DNA of 64,000 nucleotides. Source: Candidatus Methanomethylicia archaeon. GTDB taxonomy: Archaea > Thermoproteota > Methanomethylicia > Nezhaarchaeales > B40-G2. Positions within the stretch are counted from its first letter, which is position 1, and every line of letters starts with the position of its first letter. Below the pieces are notes generated by a model. The model was not told the origin of the DNA, ran no database searches, and saw only the letters and a list, made by a program, of their open reading frames with translations. Location of the stretch: NCBI GenBank assembly GCA_029259155.1, contig JAPDJI010000025.1:5044-69043 (forward strand), given 5' to 3'. Positions 7,426 through 16,603 of this stretch are shown here, in pieces. The position numbers and the translations under genes are program-made.

Positions 7426-9192
7426 TTGCTTGAGGAGGCACTTAAGGCTTCTCTAGGCCTCGAGAAAGCTGACCTAATAATCGAAGACTGTAAGCTAGTA
7501 AATGTAGCCACGGGCGAGATTTATGAAGCCTCGATAGCCATAAAAGGCGAGGTAGTGGTGGGCGTAGGAGACGTTAAGGAGCTTGAGGGAAATAACACAG
7601 AGGTTATAGAAGCTCATGGCTTATATGCGGCTCCTGGCTTTATAGACGGTCATGTACATGTAGAGAGCTCTCACTTAACCTTGACAGGCTTTGCCGAGGC
7701 CGTACTACCTCACGGAACCACCTCTGCTGTAATAGATCCTCACGAGATGGCTAACGTCCTAGGCGTTGAAGGTGTACAAGCGATGATAAATGAGGCTCGA
7801 CAGCTCCTCTTTAAGGCTTACTTCATGACCCCTAGCTGTGTGCCTTCTGCGCCTGGCCTAGAAACTTCAGGCGCGGAGCTAGGGCTTAGGGAGGTGGGAC
7901 ATCTTTTAGACCATGAAGAGGTTTTAGGCTTAGCTGAAGTCATGAACTATCCAGGTGTCTTAACAAGGGATAGGGGAGTACTAGGGAAGATTGAGCTAGC
8001 TATTAGCAAAGGCAAGCTCGTGGACGGACACTGCCCTGGCTTACGTGGAAGAAAGCTCTCTGCCTACATAGTGGCTGGGCCTAGGTCTGACCATGAATCT
8101 CTCGATGGTGAAGAAGCGGTGGAGAAGCTTAGGCAGGGGATGTGGGTGATGGTGAGGGAAGGCTCAAGCTCCAAGAACCTTGAACCTATTCTACGGGAAA
8201 TACTTAGGCAAGGCCTAGATCTACGAAGGATTATGATAGTGACTGACGACGTAGAGCCGAGAGACCTTATCCAAGGACACTTAGACGTGGTGTTGAGGAA
8301 GGCAGTGAAGCTTGGTTTAGAGCCTCTTGAAGCTATTAGGATGGTCACTCTAAACCCGTCTACCTACTTTGCTTTAGAAAGGCAGGCAGGCCTAGTAGCT
8401 CCAGGCTGGAAGGCTGACGTGGTGCTGATAGAGGACTTGGAGAAGGTAAAAGTGCGCTACACCATAGTTAACGGCGTGACTGTAGCCGCAAATAGTAAGA
8501 TGCAGGTCAAGCTTGGTGGGTATAGATATCCTGAAAGCTTCCATGTAACAGTGAAGCTTCCTCCACTCCTTGATCCTCATATCTTCGCTGTCAAGGCGCC
8601 TATAAGTAAAGGTGTCGCGATTGTTAGGGTAATGGTCGTGAAAGACGGTAGTTTAGTCACAGAGGCTTCGACAACTACATTAGAAGTGAAGGAGGGCCTT
8701 GTAAAACCTGACCCTTATCGTGATGTTTTACAAGCAGCGGTAGTGGAGAGACATGGAAAATCGGGTAGAGTTGGTCTAGGCTTCGTGTCAGGATTTAGTT
8801 TGAAGAAGGGTGCTATAGCCTCCTCTTATGCTCACGACTCACACAACATAGTAGTGGTGGGTGCTTCATGGACCGACATGGCTCTTGCTGTGAACAAGGT
8901 CGTGGATATGCAGGGAGGTTATGCTGTTGCGGTTGATGGGAGGGTCGAGGCTGAGGTCAAGTTGGAGGTGGCTGGTTTGATGAGTTATGATGCACCTTTA
9001 AAAGTGGCTGAAGCCTTTTCAAGAGTACAGGAAGCCCTAGAACGTTTAGGCTGTAGGTTGACTTCACCTCTTCAAACCCTTTCGTTCATATCTTTACCAG
9101 TCATCCCTAAGCTGAAGTTGACCGATAGGGGGCTAGTGGACGTGGAGTCTTTCTCGTTAATTGATCCGCTGGTAAGTGTAGAAGTTAACTAA
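7426..9192 (+). CDS. ade: Adenine deaminase (amidohydrolase superfamily).
   Basis: The metal-binding GFIDGHVHVESS motif is present. The length (588 aa) and two-domain layout are typical of Ade. The start codon is TTG. Confidence 0.85.
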   Translation: MLEEALKASLGLEKADLIIEDCKLVNVATGEIYEASIAIKGEVVVGVGDVKELEGNNTEVIEAHGLYAAPGFIDGHVHVESSHLTLTGFAEAVLPHGTTSAVIDPHEMANVLGVEGVQAMINEARQLLFKAYFMTPSCVPSAPGLETSGAELGLREVGHLLDHEEVLGLAEVMNYPGVLTRDRGVLGKIELAISKGKLVDGHCPGLRGRKLSAYIVAGPRSDHESLDGEEAVEKLRQGMWVMVREGSSSKNLEPILREILRQGLDLRRIMIVTDDVEPRDLIQGHLDVVLRKAVKLGLEPLEAIRMVTLNPSTYFALERQAGLVAPGWKADVVLIEDLEKVKVRYTIVNGVTVAANSKMQVKLGGYRYPESFHVTVKLPPLLDPHIFAVKAPISKGVAIVRVMVVKDGSLVTEASTTTLEVKEGLVKPDPYRDVLQAAVVERHGKSGRVGLGFVSGFSLKKGAIASSYAHDSHNIVVVGASWTDMALAVNKVVDMQGGYAVAVDGRVEAEVKLEVAGLMSYDAPLKVAEAFSRVQEALERLGCRLTSPLQTLSFISLPVIPKLKLTDRGLVDVESFSLIDPLVSVEVN

Positions 9193-9275
9193 ACCTCACC
9201 ATGGAAAATTCGCGATGAACGAGCATTAGCTCCCATAGTTTCACTTTGGTTTATCTCAGAAAAAGATGTTGTAAG

Positions 9276-10085
9276 CTATCCTTCATTCTTGGTAGCCTTC
9301 AATGCTTGTTTTCTCTTTGTTTTAAAGGCTACTAGCCCTCCAACAACAGCCAACCCTGCAGCTAAGAGAAGCCCTCCGCTTGACTTCGACATTTCGCTTG
9401 TTTCATGGATAACCGATGCAACTTCAGAAACTTCTCGGACTGCTTCAACCTCTGCGTATGACCTTTTCTCAACGTTAGGTAGACCTAATTGCTCCGGTGG
9501 GGCCGTTAACACCATTATAACACAGGTCCCACCAGCTTCCTCGAGCCCATATAGGTAGCCGCCTATCTCATTTGCTCTCGCCTGTGCTGTGCGAACGATT
9601 TCTTCTCTTTCCCCGAACATTAAAGCTCCTGTTGGACATGTATGGACGCATGCAGGCTCATAGCCTACAGACTGTCTATCAATACACATAGTGCATTTCC
9701 GCGTACCAACTCCTCGCTCAAACTTTGGTACGTGGAAAGGACATACATTAACACACATTAAACATCCTACACACCGCTCAGAATGTGTCACTACTGCTCC
9801 TGTTTCGGGATCTCTCTCTATTGCCCTAACAGGGCAGATTGCAACACATACAGGATCTAGGCAATGCATACACCGAAATGACACGAAGTGAAGTTTGAAG
9901 CTTTCGTCTCCCTCGATACCCACGTATTTAATGACATTCCATGTACTCGCAGTGAGTTCCTGCGTGTTCTTGTAGTCTGAGCCTTCAGTATACTCGGCCT
10001 CGAGCTCATTCCATCTCTTACACGCAACCTGACAAGCTCTGCAACCTATACACTTTGAGGCATCATACAGGATTGCATTAACCAA
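9276..10085 (-). CDS. Four-cluster [4Fe-4S] electron-transfer subunit (PsrB/DmsB/FdnH-like) with a C-terminal TM anchor.
   Basis: Four ferredoxin-type Cys groups are present (CIGCRACQVAC, CMHCLDPVCVAICP, CVGCLMCVNVCP, CTMC...CVHTCP). A C-terminal hydrophobic helix GGLLLAAGLAVVGGLVAF is followed by KTKRK. There is no Tat signal. The gene is divergent from the catalytic subunit. Confidence 0.85.
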   Translation of the reverse strand: MVNAILYDASKCIGCRACQVACKRWNELEAEYTEGSDYKNTQELTASTWNVIKYVGIEGDESFKLHFVSFRCMHCLDPVCVAICPVRAIERDPETGAVVTHSERCVGCLMCVNVCPFHVPKFERGVGTRKCTMCIDRQSVGYEPACVHTCPTGALMFGEREEIVRTAQARANEIGGYLYGLEEAGGTCVIMVLTAPPEQLGLPNVEKRSYAEVEAVREVSEVASVIHETSEMSKSSGGLLLAAGLAVVGGLVAFKTKRKQALKATKNEG

Positions 10086-10092
10086 GCTCTTT

Positions 10093-10109
10093 TAACCCCC
10101 AAGGGGTTA
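10093..10109. promoter_or_regulatory. 7-bp-stem palindrome (TAACCCC-caa-GGGGTTA) in the divergent promoter region between the FeS and molybdopterin subunits.
   Basis: Read directly from the sequence. It lies 8-24 nt upstream of the minus-strand TTG start. Confidence 0.35.
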
Positions 10110-10185
10110 CATCGGACCCCCTTTACTTGACTCGGTATTTAAGATTTATGCTGGTCTAGTTCTAAGACCATCAAGCTTCATAAAA

Positions 10186-10195
10186 GCTTAAATAT
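10186..10195 (+). promoter_or_regulatory. Candidate BRE/TATA for the molybdopterin oxidoreductase gene.
   Basis: AAAAGCTTAAATAT ends 32 nt upstream of the ATG at 10227, which implies a very short or absent leader. Confidence 0.45.
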
Positions 10196-10226
10196 CCTTA
10201 ACTTACGCTGAGCCAACAGAGCTGCA

Positions 10227-12479
10227 ATGTCGCTCCGATTGAGTAGGCGTAACTTTTTGAAGCTTGCGGCGTCTGGTCTGCTATTGGGCTTAGCTCCTAA
10301 GGCTCTAGAGCCCATCAGTGCAGAGGCAGGAAACTACTACTATGAAAAGATGTTCAGTTCCTCTCTTCGTTACGGAGTCTGCGGTATCTGTGGCTCTTCG
10401 TGTGCCTTAAAGGCGTATGTTGAAGGGGACTATTTCATAAGGGATTTAGAGGGTAACCCTGATGACTTGCAGAGCCAAGGCAAGCTTTGTGCTAAGGGAA
10501 ATGCAGGCATCCAGTATGCTTATGACCCTGATAGGCTCAAGTACCCCATGAAGAGAACAAACCCAGAGAAAGGCATAGATGTTGATCCTGGCTGGGTGAG
10601 AATAACCTGGGATGAGGCGCTAGACCTCATAGCCAATAAATTCAACGAGATTAAAGAAACCTATGGTGGGCAAGCTATAATATTCATGGCGCATCCCGGC
10701 GAAAGCATGGCCTGGATGATGAGATTAGCACGTGCAGTAGGAAGCCCTAACTACATTAATCACCTGGATACCTGTGTTATCACGAACGTCTTAGTCAGGA
10801 AGTATACGATGTTCATTCCCACTTTCTGCTGCGACCTGGAAAACTCACGGTATATCTTATGCTTTGGTTGGGATCAGCCAGCTAAAGGGAAGATAGTCTA
10901 TTCTCATCGTTTCATAAGGGCAAAGGATGAAGGAGCTAAAGTGGTGGTTCTTAACCCAATGTATACACCAACGACCTCTAAAGCTGATGAATGGATCTCT
11001 ATCAAGCCAGGCACAGACCTCGCCTTTGCCTTGGCCATGATCAACGTGATAATAAACGATAACCTATACGACGAGGAATACGTAACTTCCTACACGAACT
11101 TCCCAGCTTACGAAAATGAGATAAGGTCATGGGTGGCCCAATACACGCCAGAGTGGGCTGAGTCCATAACCGAGGTACCTGCAGAGACCATTAGGAGAAT
11201 AGCCACTGAGTTTGCTACTACTAAGCCGTCGGTAGCTTTAACCCATAAGAGGGACCCCGCAGGTCCTTCCTACACTAATAGTTGGCGCCTCTCCCATGCT
11301 ATAGTAATACTAAATGCTCTTGTGGGAAGTATTGATAACACCGGAGGGATAGTTTACCCGAGAACCTTCCCGGTGCGCAACGTAAATCAGCTCTATCAAC
11401 CTCCACCTACTCCTACAGTGACCGAAAAGATAGACGGCAAGGATAAACTCCCTCTACTCAATCCCCTTAACCATGGAATATTCTCTACTCTTGCTAATGG
11501 GATCCTAAACGATCAGCCATACCCAGTGAAAGCTGCATTGATAAGAGGATACAACGTCCTCTCCTTCCCGAACCCTAATAAGATCATCGAAGCCTTCAAG
11601 AAGCTCGAATTCATCGCAGTGATAGACATAATACCTAGCGAGATGGCCATGCTGGCTGACGTCGTATTGCCTGAGGCCACTTATTGGGAGGTTAAAGGAA
11701 TCTCGTCGCGCACGTATAATGGTCTTCACCCTCAGCTTGCCATCCGGGAACAGGTTATAAAGCCTATGTATGAGGTCAGGAGCCTTGGCTGGATATGCAT
11801 TGAACTAGGCAAGAGACTAGCACCAGAGTATTTCGACTTTACACCTGATGAGCTATTGAATGAGCAAGTTAGGGGGACAGGGTTAGCTAACTCCTTTGAA
11901 GAGCTCGTCCAAAAAGCGACCAACGGACTCGTTAGTAGCGGTGAGTTCGTACCTCTCGAAAAGCTTCAAGCACTTACAAGCGGAGGACTAAAGATACAGA
12001 TATACTGTGAAAACTTTGCTGCCCATGGTTACGACCCTCTACCGTCCTGGGAACCTAAGCGGGAGACCCCAACATTAGAGTACCCCTACTACCTGCTGGT
12101 AACTCGCCCAGCAGTCCATAGGCATGGTAAGACTACGAACATACCATGGTTACATGAAATTTGCCCGGAGAACCATGTATTAATACATCCCGATGAGGCA
12201 GCCAGGTTAGGGATAGAGGATGATGAGTGGGTCTACGTGGAATCGAGGTACGGCAGGATTAAGCTCAAAGCACTACGTTACGCAGGTATCAGGCGTGACT
12301 GTGTATGTGTAGCTCATGGTTTTGGCCACTGGTCTAGACAGCTCAGCTTAGCTTATGGATGGGGCGCTAATGACGGAGACCTAATCCCCGACCAGACCAT
12401 AGACGAACTGTTGGCCAGGAAGGATCCAACAGGCGCTGCACCTATGAGTGATGTCTGCGTCAAAGTGTACAGAGCATAA
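10227..12479 (+). CDS. Tat-exported molybdopterin (Mo/W-bisPGD) oxidoreductase catalytic subunit, polysulfide/thiosulfate/tetrathionate/sulfur-reductase-like.
   Basis: A twin-arginine signal is present (MSLRLSRRNFLKLAASG). The N-terminal [4Fe-4S] motif is C-x2-C-x3-C-x27-C (CGICGSSC...KLCAKG). The 750-aa length fits a DMSO-reductase family enzyme. Substrate cannot be assigned from the sequence alone. Confidence 0.9.
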   Translation: MSLRLSRRNFLKLAASGLLLGLAPKALEPISAEAGNYYYEKMFSSSLRYGVCGICGSSCALKAYVEGDYFIRDLEGNPDDLQSQGKLCAKGNAGIQYAYDPDRLKYPMKRTNPEKGIDVDPGWVRITWDEALDLIANKFNEIKETYGGQAIIFMAHPGESMAWMMRLARAVGSPNYINHLDTCVITNVLVRKYTMFIPTFCCDLENSRYILCFGWDQPAKGKIVYSHRFIRAKDEGAKVVVLNPMYTPTTSKADEWISIKPGTDLAFALAMINVIINDNLYDEEYVTSYTNFPAYENEIRSWVAQYTPEWAESITEVPAETIRRIATEFATTKPSVALTHKRDPAGPSYTNSWRLSHAIVILNALVGSIDNTGGIVYPRTFPVRNVNQLYQPPPTPTVTEKIDGKDKLPLLNPLNHGIFSTLANGILNDQPYPVKAALIRGYNVLSFPNPNKIIEAFKKLEFIAVIDIIPSEMAMLADVVLPEATYWEVKGISSRTYNGLHPQLAIREQVIKPMYEVRSLGWICIELGKRLAPEYFDFTPDELLNEQVRGTGLANSFEELVQKATNGLVSSGEFVPLEKLQALTSGGLKIQIYCENFAAHGYDPLPSWEPKRETPTLEYPYYLLVTRPAVHRHGKTTNIPWLHEICPENHVLIHPDEAARLGIEDDEWVYVESRYGRIKLKALRYAGIRRDCVCVAHGFGHWSRQLSLAYGWGANDGDLIPDQTIDELLARKDPTGAAPMSDVCVKVYRA

Positions 12480-12498
12480 AGGAGCTTGCATATTTTCT

Positions 12499-13161
12499 AT
12501 GATAAACTTAAAACATTTTTTGGCAGCACGCGCAAACCTTTACGCAATTCTTGCTCTATGTTTTCATTATCCTGATGTAAACTTTACAAGGGCTTTGGTT
12601 AAAGGAGAAGTAATCAAAGTTCTCGAAGAGTCTGTAGATAGTCTCGGTGAAGATTATTCCTCTCTGAAGGATGGGATAAACCTCGTCAAGAACTATATAA
12701 AGAAGTACAAGGACAAGGATATTGAGGAAGTCTGGAAAGCCCTAGCTGTTGAATATACTAGAATTTTTATTGACTCGAAACATGTTCCTTGTCCTCCATA
12801 CGAATCGTTCTACGTGAACGGCGGCTATGTGATGCAGCAGTCGACGAAGGAGGTTCTTAGGTCTTACCTGAGCTCTGGCTTTAAGTTATCAGACAACTTT
12901 AAGGACCTGCCAGATCACATCGCTGTTGAGCTAGAGTTTGTCTCTCTTTCAATCCGCAAATGCCTCGAGTTGCCGGAAACATCAACGATAAAGGAACTTG
13001 AAGACTGCGTAGAGAATGCTAGAACTTTTATAAAAGAACACCTTGCTAGATGGGTCTCTTCATTTTACAAGAGGGTCCATGAATTTAGTAGATGCGACTT
13101 TTTCAAGGGAGCAGCTCTTCTACTAAAAGAGTTTATCTCCATAGAATCACGTTTACTTTAG
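12499..13161 (+). CDS. TorD/DmsD/NarJ-like redox-enzyme maturation chaperone.
   Basis: The LPDHIAVELEF motif and about 220-aa helical protein fit the family, and the gene lies directly after the Mo subunit. ATG 12499 is preferred over the track start at 12448, because an AGGAG lies about 14 nt upstream and the earlier start sits inside the upstream gene. Confidence 0.7.
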   Translation: MINLKHFLAARANLYAILALCFHYPDVNFTRALVKGEVIKVLEESVDSLGEDYSSLKDGINLVKNYIKKYKDKDIEEVWKALAVEYTRIFIDSKHVPCPPYESFYVNGGYVMQQSTKEVLRSYLSSGFKLSDNFKDLPDHIAVELEFVSLSIRKCLELPETSTIKELEDCVENARTFIKEHLARWVSSFYKRVHEFSRCDFFKGAALLLKEFISIESRLL

Positions 13162-13287
13162 GTGATCTATGGATCACTTCATTGATCATTAATTTCTACA
13201 GTTATAGATGACGGGTACGACATAGCGCCCTTCGTCATGGACCTTAACCAGTCATCAACATGAACCTCCAATTCTCCTTCGTTTTTG

Positions 13288-13304
13288 CGAAACGCTTATT
13301 AAAG
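13288..13304 (+). promoter_or_regulatory. BRE/TATA promoter of the hydrogenase structural genes. It shares a 17-nt motif with 16532..16548.
   Basis: CGAAACGCTTATTAAAG ends 31 nt upstream of the ATG at 13335. Confidence 0.55.
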
Positions 13305-13334
13305 TAGGTATTGGCCCTAGTAAAACGATCGAAC

Positions 13335-14492
13335 ATGAGGCTGTCTAGGCGCGAGTTCCTCAAAACAGTGACCTTACTTGGTGCAGCGGCTGCCATAGAA
13401 CTGTATAAACCAGAGATTGTCCAAGCGCTTGAATCCGCAGCTAGTGGCGAGATACCGGTAGCCTGGGTGCAAGGCGCAGGCTGTACAGGCTGTACGATCT
13501 CTCTCATACAGAGCAGCGACCCTGACCTCGTTGAAGCTCTAACATGGTTTAGGCTTAACCTAAGCTTCCACCCAACCATTATGGTAGAGCCTCAACACGA
13601 CCCTGAAGGAGCCCTCAAGAAGTTAGAGGAGTTTCCTGAAGGAGGAGTTTTAATACTTGAAGGAGCCATTCCTCAAGGCAACTACTGCATGGTAGGCGAG
13701 AAGGAAGGGCAACCAGTTACCCTTGAGGAGTGGATGGAGGAGCTCGGCAGTAAGGCAAGCGTAGCCCTTGCCTTTGGTACCTGCGCTGCTTTCGGCGGCA
13801 TACCTGCAGGGTACCCCAACCCTACTGGTTGCCGTGGCCTCAAGGACTTCTTCGATGAAAAAGGGATCACTACACCCGTCATAAATATTTCAGGCTGCCC
13901 GCCTCATCCAGACTGGATGCTACTAACAATAGCGCTGGTAGCGCTTGGCCACGCTGACTGGGTATTAGATAGTCTCGATGAGTATAATAGGCCAAGCTGG
14001 TTCTACCCAGACTACATCCATAACCTATGCCCAAGGAGGCAATACTTCGATAACCTTGAGATAGCTGAACATCCCGGCGACTGGGAGACTAAGTGTCTAT
14101 GGAGGATCGGATGCCGCGGACCCGTAACCAAGGCAGACTGCCCCATTAGGCTTTGGAACAATGGCACGAACTTCTGCATCTCTGCCAATGCACCCTGCAT
14201 CGGGTGCGTAAACCCAGACTTCCCGGGCAAAGAAGCTAACCCCAAGGGCTTCTATGAACACTTAGCCAACCCTAACGTAGGGGAGCCAAAGGTATTCAGC
14301 GCCCCCTTCACCGTGGATCTCAAGACCCTATCATACAGGGACACAGTGGCCTCAACGGGACGAGCATTCGCGCTAACTGCCATAGATAAAATAGCTCTAG
14401 CAGCCATGGGCCTAGGAGCAGCCACCGTCCTCTTGAAAGGTCGTGTTCAGCACAAGGAAAGCAGGAAGAAGGAGGTGAATGAGAATGCCTGA
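13335..14492 (+). CDS. [NiFe] hydrogenase small subunit, Tat-exported and membrane-anchored (group 1 type).
   Basis: A Tat signal is present (MRLSRREFLKTVTLLGAAAA), together with the proximal cluster motif GCTGCT, further Cys clusters and a C-terminal TM helix. ATG 13335 is preferred over the track's TTG at 13311. Confidence 0.9.
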   Translation: MRLSRREFLKTVTLLGAAAAIELYKPEIVQALESAASGEIPVAWVQGAGCTGCTISLIQSSDPDLVEALTWFRLNLSFHPTIMVEPQHDPEGALKKLEEFPEGGVLILEGAIPQGNYCMVGEKEGQPVTLEEWMEELGSKASVALAFGTCAAFGGIPAGYPNPTGCRGLKDFFDEKGITTPVINISGCPPHPDWMLLTIALVALGHADWVLDSLDEYNRPSWFYPDYIHNLCPRRQYFDNLEIAEHPGDWETKCLWRIGCRGPVTKADCPIRLWNNGTNFCISANAPCIGCVNPDFPGKEANPKGFYEHLANPNVGEPKVFSAPFTVDLKTLSYRDTVASTGRAFALTAIDKIALAAMGLGAATVLLKGRVQHKESRKKEVNENA

Positions 14493-16008
14493 GGTCGTAA
14501 TAGATCCTATGAGTAGGATCGAAGGACACATGGCCATTAAATTAATGGTAGAGGACGGCCAGGTCGTGGATGCATGGTCCATGGGCATGCTATGGAGAGG
14601 CTTAGAGCGAGTGGTCCTCAATAGAGACCCGAGAGACGCCCCGATAATACTCTCACGTATATGCGGCGTGTGCCACGGCGTCCATCGCCAAACATCAATC
14701 CTTGCCATCGAACATGCCTGTATGGGTGAAGATTACCACCCTCCTGACAACGCAATCAGGATAAGGAACATCATCGAAGGTATTCAGGAGATATGGGATC
14801 ACGCCGCTCACCTAACAGTCCTAGCTGGCCCTGACTATGCGGTCTACGGCCTAGCCGGTAAATACTGTCCCGGCTTACGTCAGCCACCATGGGCTCCTCC
14901 TACCTCTACTGAAACAGCTACATCCTCGGCTCCATGCTTAGAGATCGACATAAACAGGTACTACAGCCTACTCCATAATGTCATCCTGCCTGTACAGAAG
15001 CTTTGCCACGAGGCCATGGCTATCTTTGGCGGCAAGGTTCCCCACCACATGACAGCCTTGCCTGGTGGAGTAACAGTTACGCCCAGCCCAGCTGACTTGG
15101 CGTTAGCGTACGCTAAGATGAGAGAAGTTAAGAACATCATAGAGGAGGTCTACAACTATGTATGGGGCACCTTCGTACCCCACCTCTTAGACGAGCACCC
15201 GGACGTCGTTGAAGCGATCACCAATATAGGCGTAGGCGTCAAAAACTTCCTTGCCTACGGCGTCTGTCCAGTTCCGGAGAACAATTACGCAAAGTTCCTA
15301 GATGGCGGCGTCATCATAAACGGCGACAGGTATAGCATTGACTTAAACGAAATCGAAGAACAGGTCAAGTACTCCTGGTACACGGACAGCAGCGGTGGTA
15401 AGCCCTCGCAGGAGCCTCCGCCGGAGCCTTATTATGGTAAATCCGGAGCTTACTCATGGATTAAAGCTCCAAGATATATGGGCGAGCCCTGTGAAGTAGG
15501 CCCCTTAGCCAGAATGCTAGTCAACAACAAATACACCCCTATCTCAAACCAAGGAGCCTCACTACTCGACAGAGTATTAGCAAGGCTGGAAGAGGCTAAA
15601 CTCTACGCTGAGAACATATTAGACTGGATTCTAAGCGTAAAGCCAGGACAGCCAGTATATGACACCGACTTCGAGCTGAGAGATGGAGAAGGCTTCGGGA
15701 CCTGGGAGCCACCCAGAGGCGCGCTACTACACTACATCAGGATAAGAGATGGAAAGACCGCGGCGTATCAATGCGTGGTACCTACCACTTGGAACGCCTC
15801 TCCGCGCGACGTCAACGGGAAGAAGGGACCCATTGAGACCGCCCTGATCGGTACCCCAGTACCCTACGACGAGGAAGCAGGGCATTATGACGTGATTAAC
15901 GCGGTTAGGATCGTTAGGTCGTTCGATCCCTGCTTAGCCTGCGCCATACACCTAATAACGCCTAAAGGTGAAGCCTTAAGAGTACCTGTTACACCACTCT
16001 TACCATAG
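14479..16008 (+). CDS. [NiFe] hydrogenase large subunit.
   Basis: The N-terminal RIEGH and RICGVCHGVH (L1) motifs and the C-terminal DPCLACAIH (L2) motif are present. An 18-aa extension (LITPKGEALRVPVTPLLP) follows, as expected for a protease-processed precursor. Confidence 0.95.
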   Translation: MRMPEVVIDPMSRIEGHMAIKLMVEDGQVVDAWSMGMLWRGLERVVLNRDPRDAPIILSRICGVCHGVHRQTSILAIEHACMGEDYHPPDNAIRIRNIIEGIQEIWDHAAHLTVLAGPDYAVYGLAGKYCPGLRQPPWAPPTSTETATSSAPCLEIDINRYYSLLHNVILPVQKLCHEAMAIFGGKVPHHMTALPGGVTVTPSPADLALAYAKMREVKNIIEEVYNYVWGTFVPHLLDEHPDVVEAITNIGVGVKNFLAYGVCPVPENNYAKFLDGGVIINGDRYSIDLNEIEEQVKYSWYTDSSGGKPSQEPPPEPYYGKSGAYSWIKAPRYMGEPCEVGPLARMLVNNKYTPISNQGASLLDRVLARLEEAKLYAENILDWILSVKPGQPVYDTDFELRDGEGFGTWEPPRGALLHYIRIRDGKTAAYQCVVPTTWNASPRDVNGKKGPIETALIGTPVPYDEEAGHYDVINAVRIVRSFDPCLACAIHLITPKGEALRVPVTPLLP

Positions 16009-16018
16009 CGAGTAAAGA

Positions 16019-16474
16019 TTGTCGAAAAAGACAGCTGTGATAGGCTTAGGCAACACGCTGATGGCTGATGAAGGTGTAGGCGTAAAGGTGGTTAAGGAGC
16101 TTAAAAAACAAGCCTTGCCACCTAATGTGGAGGTTTACGAAGCTGGAACTCCTGGACTTTTTTTAATTTCTTTAATTGAAGGTTTTGATAAAGTCATTTT
16201 GGTGGATGCAGTAGAGCTGAAGGGTCCTCCTGGGACGATCTATCGTCTTAGTTTCGAGGAAGGGCTTTTCGAGACTTCTAGCCCGACTTCAATGCACGAG
16301 ATTGACGCTATAACTGCCTTGAAGATAGCTAAACATACAGGGAAGCTTCCACGAGAAGTGGTTATAGTGGGCATAGAGCCTAAGGTAGTGGAATTAGGGG
16401 AGGGTCTCTCTCCTGAGGTTGAGGCCGCTATACCTAAGGCCGTTAAACTCTTGCTCAACGAGCTAAAAACGTAA
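16019..16474 (+). CDS. Hydrogenase maturation endopeptidase (HyaD/HybD family).
   Basis: The GLGNTLMADEGVG motif is present, the protein is 151 aa, and the gene directly follows the large subunit. Confidence 0.85.
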   Translation: MSKKTAVIGLGNTLMADEGVGVKVVKELKKQALPPNVEVYEAGTPGLFLISLIEGFDKVILVDAVELKGPPGTIYRLSFEEGLFETSSPTSMHEIDAITALKIAKHTGKLPREVVIVGIEPKVVELGEGLSPEVEAAIPKAVKLLLNELKT

Positions 16475-16531
16475 CCAATAGATAGCATTGCAGGCTTCAA
16501 TACTCTAAGAGAGCTACCTTATTTGGCTGTC

Positions 16532-16548
16532 CGAAACACTTATTAAAG
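16532..16548 (+). promoter_or_regulatory. BRE/TATA promoter of the hydrogenase electron-transfer/anchor genes. It matches 13288..13304 at 16 of 17 positions.
   Basis: CGAAACACTTATTAAAG is followed by GGAGG at 16590-16594, about 10 nt before the ATG at 16604. Confidence 0.55.
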
Positions 16549-16603
16549 CCAATCAACGACCACTGTCGCGCTAGCATGAGGCTTCCTGTTGGAGGCTGGA
16601 ACA

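Noticed and set aside
13162-13177. Small hairpin GTGATC-tatg-GATCAC immediately after the TorD-like stop.
   Set aside because: The stem is only 6 bp and no oligo-T run follows. That is too weak to call a terminator or regulatory site.
13195-13262. Candidate C/D-box sRNA on the minus strand of the TorD-hydrogenase intergenic region. It has a TGATGA C-box-like element and an ATGACGA C'-like element.
   Set aside because: No CTGA D or D' boxes lie at the required spacing, and there is no terminal stem. It is probably a chance match.
13244-13579. A 111-aa minus-strand ORF spanning the hydrogenase promoter and the start of the small-subunit gene.
   Set aside because: It overlaps the Tat-signal-encoding start of a clearly real gene and the conserved TATA motif. 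Its sequence has no motifs and an atypical composition.
14869-14940. Pro/Ser/Thr-rich segment (PGLRQPPWAPPTSTETATSSAP) in the [NiFe] hydrogenase large subunit, considered as a lineage-specific insertion.
   Set aside because: This part of group-1 large subunits, between the L1 region and the central helices, is naturally variable. It is longer in reference enzymes such as Desulfovibrio gigas as I recall it, so there is no net insertion.
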